64,000 bases of DNA from a virus. Shown piece after piece: positions 1-9,398 of this stretch. The notes under the pieces were generated by a model. That model was given only the letters and a program-made list of their open reading frames with translations, ran no database searches and was not told where the DNA came from. Position numbers and translations under genes: made by a program. The number at the start of each line of letters is the position of its first letter. Position 1 is the stretch's first letter. Where the stretch lies: positions 1-64,000 of the IMG/VR virus record IMGVR_UViG_3300042305_000730. The stretch is one strand, 5' to 3'.

Positions 1-470
1 CTGTATTCAGTCATTAGTCCCCAAAGGGTTTCAACCACACAAGCCATACCAATGGTGTCAATTACAATTGGGTTCATACTTTCTAGTGGTGTATCCACAT
101 TATAAGTATGTTGCTCTATAGCATGGGTTGCATAAAACCTTAGATCAGAGGGCAAAACCCAATCGTAGTAATAACCTTCTACAAGTATCTTTGTTCCAGC
201 AGCCTGTGTATTACTTAAACGGATAATACCGTTACGGGCATCTAAAGAATAGTATGCGGATGCACTAGTGTCTGAGGTAACTTCTGTAGGGGTGTTGACC
301 GTATAAGTAGCCACCCACAACAGGTCTTGGTCAATATTGGGCATGCCTAATTCGTAGGTACGTCCTACAGCATCAAAAGATGTTTGAAAGAACTTAGGGT
401 AATCACGAAGAAATCCCCTAGCAATGTCAGTTACTTGCGTGACAAATTCAGTAGCATAAAGGTTTCGCAT
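1..470 (-). CDS. Probable head-to-tail adaptor/neck protein (3' end outside window)
   Basis: Manually translated open frame MRNLYATEFVTQVTDIARGFLRDYPKFF... running off the left edge. TAAACT lies 6 nt before the ATG. Function inferred from its position downstream of the capsid gene. Confidence 0.5.
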   Translation of the reverse strand, partial: MRNLYATEFVTQVTDIARGFLRDYPKFFQTSFDAVGRTYELGMPNIDQDLLWVATYTVNTPTEVTSDTSASAYYSLDARNGIIRLSNTQAAGTKILVEGYYYDWVLPSDLRFYATHAIEQHTYNVDTPLESMNPIVIDTIGMACVVETLWGLMTEY

Positions 471-487
471 TGATCTAGTTTACTTTA

Positions 488-640
488 TTATTGATCACCA
501 GAACCAGAACCAGGAACTGTATCCTGTAGTTCTTGTCCTATAGCGGGCTGCGTTTCCCTAAATCTGCCTAAACTAAATCGGCGTACCCTAATAATGTCTG
601 TAATGCTACCTTCAGGAGTAGGGATTGTTTCTTCGCTCAC
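488..640 (-). CDS. Small hypothetical protein (50 aa)
   Basis: Manual translation MSEETIPTPEGSITDIIRVRRF...GSGDQ. GTG start overlaps the TGA of the upstream gene (GTGA). Confidence 0.55.
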   Translation of the reverse strand: MSEETIPTPEGSITDIIRVRRFSLGRFRETQPAIGQELQDTVPGSGSGDQ

Positions 641-1281
641 AACCCAACCAAAAGAAATGGGTTCAAACCTTCATCAACTGGTCCTTCATACTTAGCAACG
701 TTTTGCCAACCAACTGTAGATGAATACACATATAGAGAAGATTGGTTTAGTTCAGGTGTATGGCCTGTCCGTATGTAAAGATCACCAGGGTTCACTGTTG
801 CTGTTGGTGCGGCTGTCCCGCTGCGTAATGCATCTTCAACAAATTTACGTTTATCTACAGCGCTTAATGCACTTAAGGCAACACCTGATTTACGATAAAT
901 AGCGTAGAGTGCAGTGTGGTTATCACTGATTGCAGGGAAGACAGGATTGGTTGCACTAGCCGTACCTTTAACAGTTAGGTAGGTAGCAACACCGCTAGTA
1001 ACCGATGCAACAATAATATCAAAACGAGGATCAGCATCAGCAGCATCAAAAGTAACCGTGCTTGTTGCTACAGGGTAGTAAACATTGTTTACAATGACTT
1101 CCCCTGCTGTTAAAGTAGCGCTACCAGTTCCAGCAGAAAATACTGTAATGTTTGCACCACTAACTACGCCATGATTGCCATTACCTAGGATTTGAAAATC
1201 AAGAGAATCTGGTTCTGCTTGATCAATGCTCTGGAAAGTTACACCATAGTCACTTGCATTGGGTACTGTTAATCCAGCCAT
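637..1281 (-). CDS. Virion structural protein (head/neck region)
   Basis: 214 aa, beta-rich, contains PRFDIIV and G.A.A.P..P motifs seen in phage structural proteins. Lies downstream of the capsid gene. Confidence 0.55.
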   Translation of the reverse strand: MAGLTVPNASDYGVTFQSIDQAEPDSLDFQILGNGNHGVVSGANITVFSAGTGSATLTAGEVIVNNVYYPVATSTVTFDAADADPRFDIIVASVTSGVATYLTVKGTASATNPVFPAISDNHTALYAIYRKSGVALSALSAVDKRKFVEDALRSGTAAPTATVNPGDLYIRTGHTPELNQSSLYVYSSTVGWQNVAKYEGPVDEGLNPFLLVGL

Positions 1282-1288
1282 TTAAACC

Positions 1289-1537
1289 TCAGAGAGTGTC
1301 GTAGATATTTCCTGAATTCTTCAAGTAGTTGAAAAGGTCACGGGGTAGTTTGTAACGAGTACCATCTACAAATGAAAATTGCTTTGTTCCCCAATACTGG
1401 GTCCAAGTGCCTTTTACTCTTGCATTGATAGTGTCTGAAAGTAACTTAGCGTCCAAAACTTCTGCTTCAGGTATTTCTGAAACATAAAGGTCTTCTTCAA
1501 CTTCAATAAATTCTTTAATTGCTTTTTTTGCTGACAT
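1289..1537 (-). CDS. Hypothetical protein directly downstream of the major capsid gene
   Basis: 82 aa, AAGGAG RBS. Confidence 0.6.
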   Translation of the reverse strand: MSAKKAIKEFIEVEEDLYVSEIPEAEVLDAKLLSDTINARVKGTWTQYWGTKQFSFVDGTRYKLPRDLFNYLKNSGNIYDTL

Positions 1538-1565
1538 GTATTGCTCCTTATTTTATGAAGTTTTC

Positions 1566-1595
1566 AGGGGGGCTGAGGTTTTCCCAACCCCCCCA
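1566..1595 (-). terminator. GC-rich hairpin after the capsid gene (attenuator or RNA-stabilising stem)
   Basis: G-run and C-run arms around a short loop just 3' of the capsid stop. No clear U-tract. Confidence 0.4.
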
Positions 1596-1612
1596 AAGCC
1601 TATTACAAGTTA

Positions 1613-2698
1613 TTACGAGGAAGCGATTGCTCCACCCTTGGTGTTAATCACAACACGGGATTCTCCAGTAATCATACCGAAGCCCCAGATTGCGTACCAA
1701 GCCAAACCATGCTCACGACCGAAGTCAATGACACCACCGTCACGGAGTTCCACTGGCAAAGCAATGGCGTGTCCGAAGGCGTTGTCACCGATCATCAAGG
1801 CGCTGTATGATTCTGCGGCTACAGCCTGCGAACCCGATGCCGAAGAATCAATGTCTGCTGGGCCAGAACCCTTTTTGACTTGGGTGGTCTCAATGAACAC
1901 TACGTCATAGAGGCGACCAATTTCACCAAGCATGAAGTTACCTGGAGCGGCATACTTCGTGACTTCAATGAATTCAGGCCAGTCACGGAGCGCACGGCTC
2001 TGCGATGGGTGAACGAAGCACACGTAGGTGTCGCCAAGGCGTGGGATGTTCTGACCAGCCAAGATCTCAACAGCATCCTTGATGGATGCAGGCGAGAGGT
2101 AGCCTGGGTTTGATGCATCACCCAAGGTGCCTGCATCATATGGTGCAAGCGAACCACGAGTTGAACCAAGAGTCTTGCGACCAAAGACAACTGATGGAGG
2201 AACTGCTGCGCCACCACCGAACGGAATTGCGTTCTGGTAGAGGGTGTTGCGTGCCTGAATGTCCATGGACTGTGCCATCTGACGACCAAGCAAACGACTG
2301 GAAGATGCCATTACGTCATCAAATGCTGCGTTAAGCAACAACTCGGTGACAGCAACTGCCTTACCTTGTTCAGCAACCGTAATCTGAATCTGTGATGCTG
2401 ATAGGGAGGCTGGCTCCATACGAACACCTTCAGTCAAGACTGCGCCTGTTGCTTCATCTGTTTCAAGGTTGGTGTAACGCATGAAGTTGATTGTCAAACC
2501 TGGTTGAACACCAAGTTCTGTCTTCTTGACAGCGAACTGTTCAAAACGAAGAACTGGCATTGCTTGGAACAAAATCTCTTTTGACCAAATCTGTTGAATT
2601 GCTGGTGAAAGTGTTGCATCACTTGAATAACCTGTCGTGGTAATTGAACCAAGACCTGCTCCTGTAATTGCGCCACCTACTGGGCCTGGAAGTGCCAT
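1613..2698 (-). CDS. Major capsid protein, N4-gp56-like (HK97 fold)
   Basis: 361 aa. Motifs WSKEILFQAMPVLRFEQFA, LTEGV, YVCFVHPSQ..L, GEIGRLYDVVFIET, GW/AWYAIWG. Follows the scaffold gene. AAGGAG RBS. Confidence 0.92.
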   Translation of the reverse strand: MALPGPVGGAITGAGLGSITTTGYSSDATLSPAIQQIWSKEILFQAMPVLRFEQFAVKKTELGVQPGLTINFMRYTNLETDEATGAVLTEGVRMEPASLSASQIQITVAEQGKAVAVTELLLNAAFDDVMASSSRLLGRQMAQSMDIQARNTLYQNAIPFGGGAAVPPSVVFGRKTLGSTRGSLAPYDAGTLGDASNPGYLSPASIKDAVEILAGQNIPRLGDTYVCFVHPSQSRALRDWPEFIEVTKYAAPGNFMLGEIGRLYDVVFIETTQVKKGSGPADIDSSASGSQAVAAESYSALMIGDNAFGHAIALPVELRDGGVIDFGREHGLAWYAIWGFGMITGESRVVINTKGGAIASS

Positions 2699-2734
2699 AA
2701 CTGCTCCTTAATAATTAATGGATATAAACCTGAC

Positions 2735-3523
2735 TTAGAAACGACCTTTAGGTCGTGAACTCAATAACCTATCACGCATTTTAACATACTGATCCATTGT
2801 CATATTTCGGATGTCATCCGCATTCAACGATTGGTATTCCGTTTGGGTTTCCATGGGTCCAACAGATGGTGACGTTACCGCCGCACCTTTAACACGGCTC
2901 GGTTGAGTCGCTTGCTGGATACTCTCTATGATAGCAGCACTTCGTTGACGGAGGATTTCCACAGAAGCCTCAACTTCTTCTGGAGTATTCCCTGCTACTA
3001 GGTCAATAAGTTCAGGAATAATCTCTTCCTGTGATTCATGAATACGGCGTTGACGATAAGTCTCAAGGTCACGCAATTGGCGCTCTTTCTCAAGAAGGGC
3101 TTCTTGGGCATGGCGCTCTTCTTCAATAGCCTGGAAGCGTGTCTGCCATTCCTTATCAATATTCTGAATCTTGACATTGAAGTCGTCTTCTGCACGCTTA
3201 AGCAACTCTTTTGCGCTTAGTTCATCAAACTCACGTTGACGACGAATCTCTTCTTCTTTACGAGAGATCTCAGTTGCTTCTTTAATTGCTTTTTCTCGCT
3301 CAGTTGCAAGGACTGTGATTTGTTCTTCCATGCTTTTGTAGCGGCCTTCAGCCTCTTCAATGCGCTTGTAGAGTTTGTCTTTTTCCTGCTTGCGAATGCT
3401 CTCCACCTCATCCTCGGTGAATGTCTTACCTTTTTGCGGTGGAGCCACTTGCTCAACTGCTTCATTAAAGGCTGCAACAGCCTCTACGGGAATAAGGATT
3501 TCATCATTACTTTGCTTTGCCAT
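2735..3523 (-). CDS. Capsid scaffolding protein
   Basis: 262 aa, E/K/R-rich coiled coil (FTEDEVESIRKQEKDKLY), C-terminal MTMDQYVKMR. Lies between portal and capsid genes. Confidence 0.8.
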   Translation of the reverse strand: MAKQSNDEILIPVEAVAAFNEAVEQVAPPQKGKTFTEDEVESIRKQEKDKLYKRIEEAEGRYKSMEEQITVLATEREKAIKEATEISRKEEEIRRQREFDELSAKELLKRAEDDFNVKIQNIDKEWQTRFQAIEEERHAQEALLEKERQLRDLETYRQRRIHESQEEIIPELIDLVAGNTPEEVEASVEILRQRSAAIIESIQQATQPSRVKGAAVTSPSVGPMETQTEYQSLNADDIRNMTMDQYVKMRDRLLSSRPKGRF

Positions 3524-3581
3524 AATTTTCTCCTATGTGTTGTTCAGCAAATACTAACTTAACTTGATTTATATAAACGTA

Positions 3582-5273
3582 TTATTTGTCTTCATCAGGG
3601 ATTCGGCGTTGAGCGAATCTTGCGCCGTATGCCCTGCTAGTCATTTGGTTCATCAATTCCATTTCTACTGGTGGGACACCAGCACCTGGAAGCACTCCGC
3701 CCCCTTGGGGACTTCCTGCACTACTAACATTAGCACCTCCAGCGGACACGTTTTCTAAGCCTCCGCCTTGAGGCAATAATCCTGTAGCCATCATTACTGC
3801 TTGACCAATTTGTGCACGGAGCATATCCAGTGCACCTTGATCAAGAGCATCATCTCGTAGTTCCTCAAAGATTTCAACCATCTTCTCATTTGGAAACTCT
3901 TCACCAAGTAGTGCAAGGGCTCCACGCTTAGACTCAATACCTAAAGCCATCTTTGCCTGCACCTCGTTTAGTTTAATGAGGGCATCTACTGGTAGTGGTT
4001 CGGGCCAATGAATAGTGGTCTTATAAGTGTTTGGGTCATTAGGATCAAGGACCAAAAGCATGTCTGGTTCAGGCTGTGCTGCTTGTGATGCGTCATACTG
4101 CAGCAATTCAGGTACAAAAACAGATGCTGTCCTAATGATGATTTCGTTTAGTTTTTCAAGACCATTGGTAAAGTGAATCTTTTTCATTTGGTAACGGTTC
4201 ATCAATGGTTGATACTGGATTGCAAGAGCAACACCTGAAGTGTTGGACACTGGTTGGAACTGTCCCAAGGCTGTTTCAGGTACACCAGTAATTTCATGCA
4301 TAGCCCGTTTAATCATCTGGACGTATTCAATGGCACCAGCCATTTCACCACGGGATTCAAGGTTAAACACATTGGCTTCTTTAGGAAGACCAGCCCAGAC
4401 CTTTTTAGGACCACGCTCTAGTTGTGATGCCTTAGCACCAGTGATGATAGTTACTGGGGCAGCATGGTAGTTAATGATGTCTGAAATTTCAGTCATCTTC
4501 TCATTGAGTTCACGGTTTAGTTGGATAATGTCCCAAATATCAGACTGACCCCATGGCGATGAAGTTATTGTAATGTTAGGAATGTGGACAATAGGTACAG
4601 CACCGATTGGGTTTGCATATTGATCAATCAACTCATCATTAATAAACTGTTGAACTGATTCATCTGTCAAGATCTCTGTAAAGGTATATACCTGACGAGT
4701 ACCTTCAGGGGATGTACCCCAAAAGCGATACTTAAGTTTAAATCTAAGCAAGCGTTCTTTATCATGTGGGTGATACTCAGGAAAACAGTGAGCAGGGTTT
4801 AGCGGGAGGATGCGAATACGCCCAGGCTTAACCATTCCAGTTGGGTCTGTGTATGGTTCATCATAGGCAACTTTGACAAAGCAGTCACCAGTTATAGACG
4901 CAAGTTGTCCCATTTGCCAAAGAAGGTAATGCTTATTATTGTGGTTATCCCAAACTTCGTGAAGCAGGTGAGGGATAATTGCTTGGTTTTGCTCAGGAAC
5001 TTTAAACTGAATGCCCTTACCAAAACAAAAGTTAGTAATGAAATCGGACATGGTTTTGATGTAGTTCATCGTGACATTGTTGTCACCCATCTCACGGCGG
5101 TGTGACCAGTGATGTCCTAGATACCAAGCCCACGCAGAGGAATACCTATTGAGTCTTGGTCCGTGAACTTCAAACTCTTCGTCTGCAAGTTCAACCAATC
5201 CTAATGGACTGATTGCTACGGTTAAGTCACTAGATGCCGCCCGATAGGACGGAGACCAAAAATCAATAGGCAT
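3582..5273 (-). CDS. Portal protein (SPP1 gp6-like)
   Basis: 563 aa. Portal-type motifs TGDCFVKV, NPIGAVPIVHIPN, WGQSDI, SGVALAIQYQPL. Size and position fit. Confidence 0.88.
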   Translation of the reverse strand: MPIDFWSPSYRAASSDLTVAISPLGLVELADEEFEVHGPRLNRYSSAWAWYLGHHWSHRREMGDNNVTMNYIKTMSDFITNFCFGKGIQFKVPEQNQAIIPHLLHEVWDNHNNKHYLLWQMGQLASITGDCFVKVAYDEPYTDPTGMVKPGRIRILPLNPAHCFPEYHPHDKERLLRFKLKYRFWGTSPEGTRQVYTFTEILTDESVQQFINDELIDQYANPIGAVPIVHIPNITITSSPWGQSDIWDIIQLNRELNEKMTEISDIINYHAAPVTIITGAKASQLERGPKKVWAGLPKEANVFNLESRGEMAGAIEYVQMIKRAMHEITGVPETALGQFQPVSNTSGVALAIQYQPLMNRYQMKKIHFTNGLEKLNEIIIRTASVFVPELLQYDASQAAQPEPDMLLVLDPNDPNTYKTTIHWPEPLPVDALIKLNEVQAKMALGIESKRGALALLGEEFPNEKMVEIFEELRDDALDQGALDMLRAQIGQAVMMATGLLPQGGGLENVSAGGANVSSAGSPQGGGVLPGAGVPPVEMELMNQMTSRAYGARFAQRRIPDEDK

Positions 5274-5311
5274 TTATTACACCTTTTCTAAGAAGAAGAA
5301 TACTTAAGATG

Positions 5312-5581
5312 TTACTTCTTTTTTGCGGGTGCGGCTTTCTTGGCTACTTTTTTCTCAACAACAGGTGCTGCTGCCATAGCCTTAGTCGCAACACTCAACA
5401 AAAGAGCGGTGTTCTTTGGTCCAATCTTGGTGGACACAATTGAAACAAGGGCTGCTGCGGCAGGAACGGCAAGAGCAATTACTTCTGCCGAAAGGTCACA
5501 CTTTGCACCTACATATGTAAGGGCACCCAAAACAACACCCTTGAGTGCTGCGTCTGCTGTTTCTACTTTAGTGTTATTCAT
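5312..5581 (-). CDS. Small membrane protein, holin-like, with K/A-rich tail
   Basis: Two hydrophobic segments, C-terminal KKVAKKAAPAKKK. Confidence 0.5.
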   Translation of the reverse strand: MNNTKVETADAALKGVVLGALTYVGAKCDLSAEVIALAVPAAAALVSIVSTKIGPKNTALLLSVATKAMAAAPVVEKKVAKKAAPAKKK

Positions 5582-5608
5582 ATATTCTCCTAAGTTGGGG
5601 ATACCCGA

Positions 5609-6244
5609 TTATACAGGCTTTCGGGTTTTGTTGGTTACCTCATACTCCTGTATGTATGAGTGGTACGGTGGCCCAGTATACGGGTCAAATCGTGCGGCAA
5701 TGTTTAGGGCTTTAATTGCACTAGTTTTAGCCTGTTGGATTGTTTGCTTCTTATTGTGGGTCAACACCTGCATAGCACCTTGTGCGTATGAAGAACCTGA
5801 ACCAATGGAGTAAACACTGTTGGCTTCTGAAGCCCATGAATAATCTCCGTCAACAACGTAGATAACTCCGTTAATGGCTACAAGGATGGTTGACCCATGT
5901 TCTGCAATGTGGTCTTTATCGTCCCTGTCTGGCATGGAATATCCTTGTGCGTCAAAGCATTCACGGAGTGCCGGGATGAACTTCGCCGTAAAGAACTGGT
6001 CAAGTTTCTTCCCTTTAAGGTTTGGTGGCGGTGTCGGCGGTTGGAAGACGTGATGGAGAATGTTGATGGCTCGTACATCTCCAGCAGCGCCAAGTAAATA
6101 CTTTCCATTAGTTGCTACCTTGCTTGAACCTTCTCTTAAGGTTCCGATATGGGTGGCAAAGCCACCTGCGTCCATTGCTGAAATACGTGAGTCAACACAA
6201 ACAACTACAAACCCATCACCTTGTACGCCAACAATAGTCGTCAT
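5609..6244 (-). CDS. HslV/proteasome beta-subunit-like Ntn threonine protease
   Basis: N-terminus MTTIVGV (Thr nucleophile), DSRIS, Lys in SKV, GAAGD, IGSGS, D.YTG. Confidence 0.85.
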   Translation of the reverse strand: MTTIVGVQGDGFVVVCVDSRISAMDAGGFATHIGTLREGSSKVATNGKYLLGAAGDVRAINILHHVFQPPTPPPNLKGKKLDQFFTAKFIPALRECFDAQGYSMPDRDDKDHIAEHGSTILVAINGVIYVVDGDYSWASEANSVYSIGSGSSYAQGAMQVLTHNKKQTIQQAKTSAIKALNIAARFDPYTGPPYHSYIQEYEVTNKTRKPV

Positions 6245-6246
6245 AG

Positions 6247-7419
6247 TTATTCGGCGCTGTACTCTTTACCATGATACAGAGCCCAACCGTTATAGATGGG
6301 GATTACATCATAGGTAAAGCGGTGACTTTGGTCATCTTCGTAAGTAACGATACCAAGACCTTGTTGCCAATTCTCATACCGTGTTAACGGGCGACCGTCA
6401 AGGTCTACACCCCCGCGTGTGGACGGAATAGCGCCGTCAATACGAGCAAGGCAACCAGGAGAGGCAGCCATGATGGTGCGTGGACCATCATAGTCTTCAC
6501 GAGTTTTAAACGCTGTTTCAATTCTGTGGATGTGTCCATAAATTACGCTCGTCTTTTCTGAGTTGAGATAAATGTGTGCAGTAGAGCCTGATGACTTAAC
6601 ACGGTCCCCGTGGATGACTCGCAACTTCTCGTTGATCCAATAATCAGATGCTGGATAACCTGGACGGTACTCCACACCAAACTCATCCATGCGACAAAGG
6701 TATGGGATAGATAGTACGGGCCAAGAATCTGGAGTGTTTCCTTTTCGTAGACCATATGCCGCACCTGCATTAACAAGTAGGTATTTAGGCATGCGCTCTT
6801 CGTGATTTCCTGCAAGCCAAATGATTTTTGCTGTCGGTGCGGCTGCACGCATTTCTGCACAAAACTTAGTTGACCTATCAATTGCTGCTTGTGTTGTTTG
6901 AGCATACGAAGGGTATGTCAGGTACTTACCCATCTCTGGAAGATCTAAGTTGTCACCAACACATACGATTACATCAGGTTGGGAATCAATAATAATCTTA
7001 AGAGAAACCTGTATTGCCTTCTCATCATGTGTTGGTTCTAGTTCTCCATCACGTCCACGATAATATCCAATCTGAATATCAGGGACAACTACACATGTTT
7101 TAAACTGTGTTGCTTTCTTACTTGTCGCCTTTACTGGCGGAAGTTTTATTGCTGGTCCTTGCTTTACTATAGCCCACTCAGGACCAGTTTCCCACTTCGG
7201 AGATAACTGCACAGTAGTAGTTGTTTTAGTTTGTACAACTCCGTCTTTATCAGGAGATAACGCATGCCTAATAGATACTTTTTCAATGTTTCCAATTTCA
7301 TCTAGATCTATATCTTTTGCAACTAATAGATCTGCAATTGCCCCAAGCATCTTTTCTTTACGCTGTTTTATTTCTTGCTCGCTTGCAAGTGTTGTTAACT
7401 TATCTTGCAGATTACTCAT
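6247..7419 (-). CDS. Calcineurin-like metallophosphoesterase
   Basis: Motifs VVPDIQ, VGDNLD, AGNHEER, IHGD, YGHIHR. Confidence 0.85.
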   Translation of the reverse strand: MSNLQDKLTTLASEQEIKQRKEKMLGAIADLLVAKDIDLDEIGNIEKVSIRHALSPDKDGVVQTKTTTTVQLSPKWETGPEWAIVKQGPAIKLPPVKATSKKATQFKTCVVVPDIQIGYYRGRDGELEPTHDEKAIQVSLKIIIDSQPDVIVCVGDNLDLPEMGKYLTYPSYAQTTQAAIDRSTKFCAEMRAAAPTAKIIWLAGNHEERMPKYLLVNAGAAYGLRKGNTPDSWPVLSIPYLCRMDEFGVEYRPGYPASDYWINEKLRVIHGDRVKSSGSTAHIYLNSEKTSVIYGHIHRIETAFKTREDYDGPRTIMAASPGCLARIDGAIPSTRGGVDLDGRPLTRYENWQQGLGIVTYEDDQSHRFTYDVIPIYNGWALYHGKEYSAE

Positions 7420-7711
7420 TAGTTACTCCCAAGTTGTTAGGCAAACATAAACACTTATTGTCAGTTCCTTCTCTAAAGCATTCACGTTTTTGGTTAATAG
7501 TGTTTCGTGCTATAGAAAAACCTTCATCAATAAGTGCTTGATGAATTGCTGAATTAGATGCTGGACTTTGTAATGCCTCTAATAGCGCTTTGGCTGTAGG
7601 TACATCTAGCATCTTATGTATCCTACCTATTGGGCAGGGAGCATCCACTACTTTTGACATTTGGACTAAGCGAGATAAAAGAGTTTCCTCTTCTTCACTA
7701 CTTTTTGACAT
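7412..7711 (-). CDS. Small Cys-containing, possibly DNA-binding protein
   Basis: 99 aa with helical core, N-terminal Cys and C-terminal C..CLC. Overlaps the phosphoesterase start. Confidence 0.5.
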   Translation of the reverse strand: MSKSSEEEETLLSRLVQMSKVVDAPCPIGRIHKMLDVPTAKALLEALQSPASNSAIHQALIDEGFSIARNTINQKRECFREGTDNKCLCLPNNLGVTNE

Positions 7712-7841
7712 GCTTTTTTTCCAGTTTTTGCCGCTCGTGCTTTAGCACTTCAAGTAAGCGGAATAACTCATCTGCATCAGTAGGGCCTCCAAAGACCTTA
7801 CTCAAGTAATAAGTAATGCTATCAATGTCTTGTACACGCAT
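7698..7841 (-). CDS. Small hypothetical protein (47 aa)
   Basis: Manual translation MRVQDIDSITYYLSKVFGGPTDADELFRLLEVLKHERQKLEKKHVKK. AAGGTGG upstream. Confidence 0.45.
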   Translation of the reverse strand: MRVQDIDSITYYLSKVFGGPTDADELFRLLEVLKHERQKLEKKHVKK

Positions 7842-7907
7842 GCAACCACCTTCATTTGGTCTAGGGCAAATAGACTACCCTACACAGAAGGTTATGTCAA
7901 CCATCGG

Positions 7908-8672
7908 CTACTTCAGTCCGAGAAGTTCCTTAACTTTTGGACCAACAACAGAGTCAGCAGCAAGTTTGTTTGCTACTTTAAAAGCCTTAATAGCCTCTGT
8001 AGTGCCTTGGTTCATTTGACCATCAATAACACCTTTATAAAAGCCTTTAGCCTTCAATGCTTCTTGTAGGGGTGCATGCCCAGCAGCGGCTGGGGCGGCG
8101 GCTGGAGCCTTACCTACTGGTGCAGTAACACCGTTGGCATCCATCCAGGCTTTTACTGATGCTGGGATATTGTCGCCACAGACATAGCGAAGATGCCATG
8201 GCTCAGATGGAACTACTTCCCATGAGAAGCCAAACTCTTTGACATTCGCAATAAGCCAGTTGAGGCGCTTTGGCTCAGACGCGGAATGAACGTCACAGGC
8301 CAAACCGAGGTTATGCTGCGATTTACCAGGCGTGGCAAGCATCGCCATACCCTTCTTGAGATACCAAGTCTTGCCTTCAAAGGTTTTAGTGCTGGTTCCG
8401 TCCACTTTGTCAAGTGTGTAGCGGGTGAGAAATCCTTTTTTCTGGGTCTCGTAATCTCTATATGTGTCGCCGCTGCTAGTGGGTTTTAGTTCAACGCCTG
8501 CGGCTTTTGCCTTCTCTACCATTGCCATCCATGCACATGCTGCAATCCAGTGCATCTTGCCACCACCAGGAACAGCCTTAAGAAGATTTTCAGGAAGTTT
8601 TCCTGGTTCAATACCCTTAAGATCTTTTGGAAGAACTACGGGGACGATATAATCCCAAGCAACCTTACTCAT
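7908..8672 (-). CDS. Endolysin: M15 (VanY-like) Zn peptidase plus C-terminal peptidoglycan-binding domain
   Basis: YRDYETQ, PGKSQHNLGLACD (SxHxxGxAxD), EPWH. Ala/Pro linker, then LQEAL...IDG.....T..AIKAF...L.AD.VVGP. Confidence 0.88.
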   Translation of the reverse strand: MSKVAWDYIVPVVLPKDLKGIEPGKLPENLLKAVPGGGKMHWIAACAWMAMVEKAKAAGVELKPTSSGDTYRDYETQKKGFLTRYTLDKVDGTSTKTFEGKTWYLKKGMAMLATPGKSQHNLGLACDVHSASEPKRLNWLIANVKEFGFSWEVVPSEPWHLRYVCGDNIPASVKAWMDANGVTAPVGKAPAAAPAAAGHAPLQEALKAKGFYKGVIDGQMNQGTTEAIKAFKVANKLAADSVVGPKVKELLGLK

Positions 8673-8956
8673 GCAATCTCCTCATCATCTGGAATACCGT
8701 TTCCATTTTTATCTTCATTATTGCGACCAGTAGAAATCATCAAACCAGCCAAAGTTCCTGTAATAAACGTTGCAACGCTAGACAATACACCAAAGAACAT
8801 TTTGTCATTTTCGGCCTGAGCACCGATAGGCTGAGTAACAAATACAAGTGCCCAGAGAACACCGACAGTTGTAATGAGTAGTACAAAGCCGAGCATGCAT
8901 CCAATTACAAACTTTAAACGGGCATCTAGTTCTGCTGAAGTTAAACGTGGTTTCAT
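8669..8956 (-). CDS. Two-TM membrane protein (holin candidate)
   Basis: Two hydrophobic helices, C-terminal DKNGNGIPD. Coupled to the endolysin gene (ATGA). Confidence 0.55.
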   Translation of the reverse strand: MKPRLTSAELDARLKFVIGCMLGFVLLITTVGVLWALVFVTQPIGAQAENDKMFFGVLSSVATFITGTLAGLMISTGRNNEDKNGNGIPDDEEIA

Positions 8957-9177
8957 GGGGTAACTATCTCCTCTACTGGAAGTGGTTCTATGGATACTGT
9001 GTTCGGACTTGGATCAAAACCTAGTAATGTGTCTGGGCATGCCCCGTCTACTTGGCATGCAGGACGCTGACATTCAGACTTTTCCCAGTTTTCTGGGTCT
9101 TGGCATTCATAACGGTACTTACCGTCATAGCCACAGCCTGCTAACAAAAGTGCAGATACAAACAAAAGTCTTTTCAT
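8953..9177 (-). CDS. Small Cys-rich lipoprotein
   Basis: MKRLLFVSALLLAG-C lipobox, followed by four more Cys. Confidence 0.7.
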   Translation of the reverse strand: MKRLLFVSALLLAGCGYDGKYRYECQDPENWEKSECQRPACQVDGACPDTLLGFDPSPNTVSIEPLPVEEIVTP

Positions 9178-9392
9178 TTCTTGTCCTTATCCATGTGCCA
9201 GTCAATGTGTGTTCCTAAGCGGTCTGCAACGGAATTAACACTTTGCCTTACTTTTCGTAATTCGTGCATAACGTTTGCGTGGTCTTGACGATTTTCTGTT
9301 CGGAAATTCTTGAATTCCCTTATAAGAAAACCGACTCCAGTTCCTAGTACTGGTATTGCAGCAGCAATGACGAGGGCCCACGAATCTGTCAT
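9174..9392 (-). CDS. Single-TM coiled-coil membrane protein in the lysis cassette
   Basis: N-terminal TM, then a heptad region ending H..WH. Confidence 0.6.
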   Translation of the reverse strand: MTDSWALVIAAAIPVLGTGVGFLIREFKNFRTENRQDHANVMHELRKVRQSVNSVADRLGTHIDWHMDKDKK

Positions 9393-9398
9393 AGTCCA

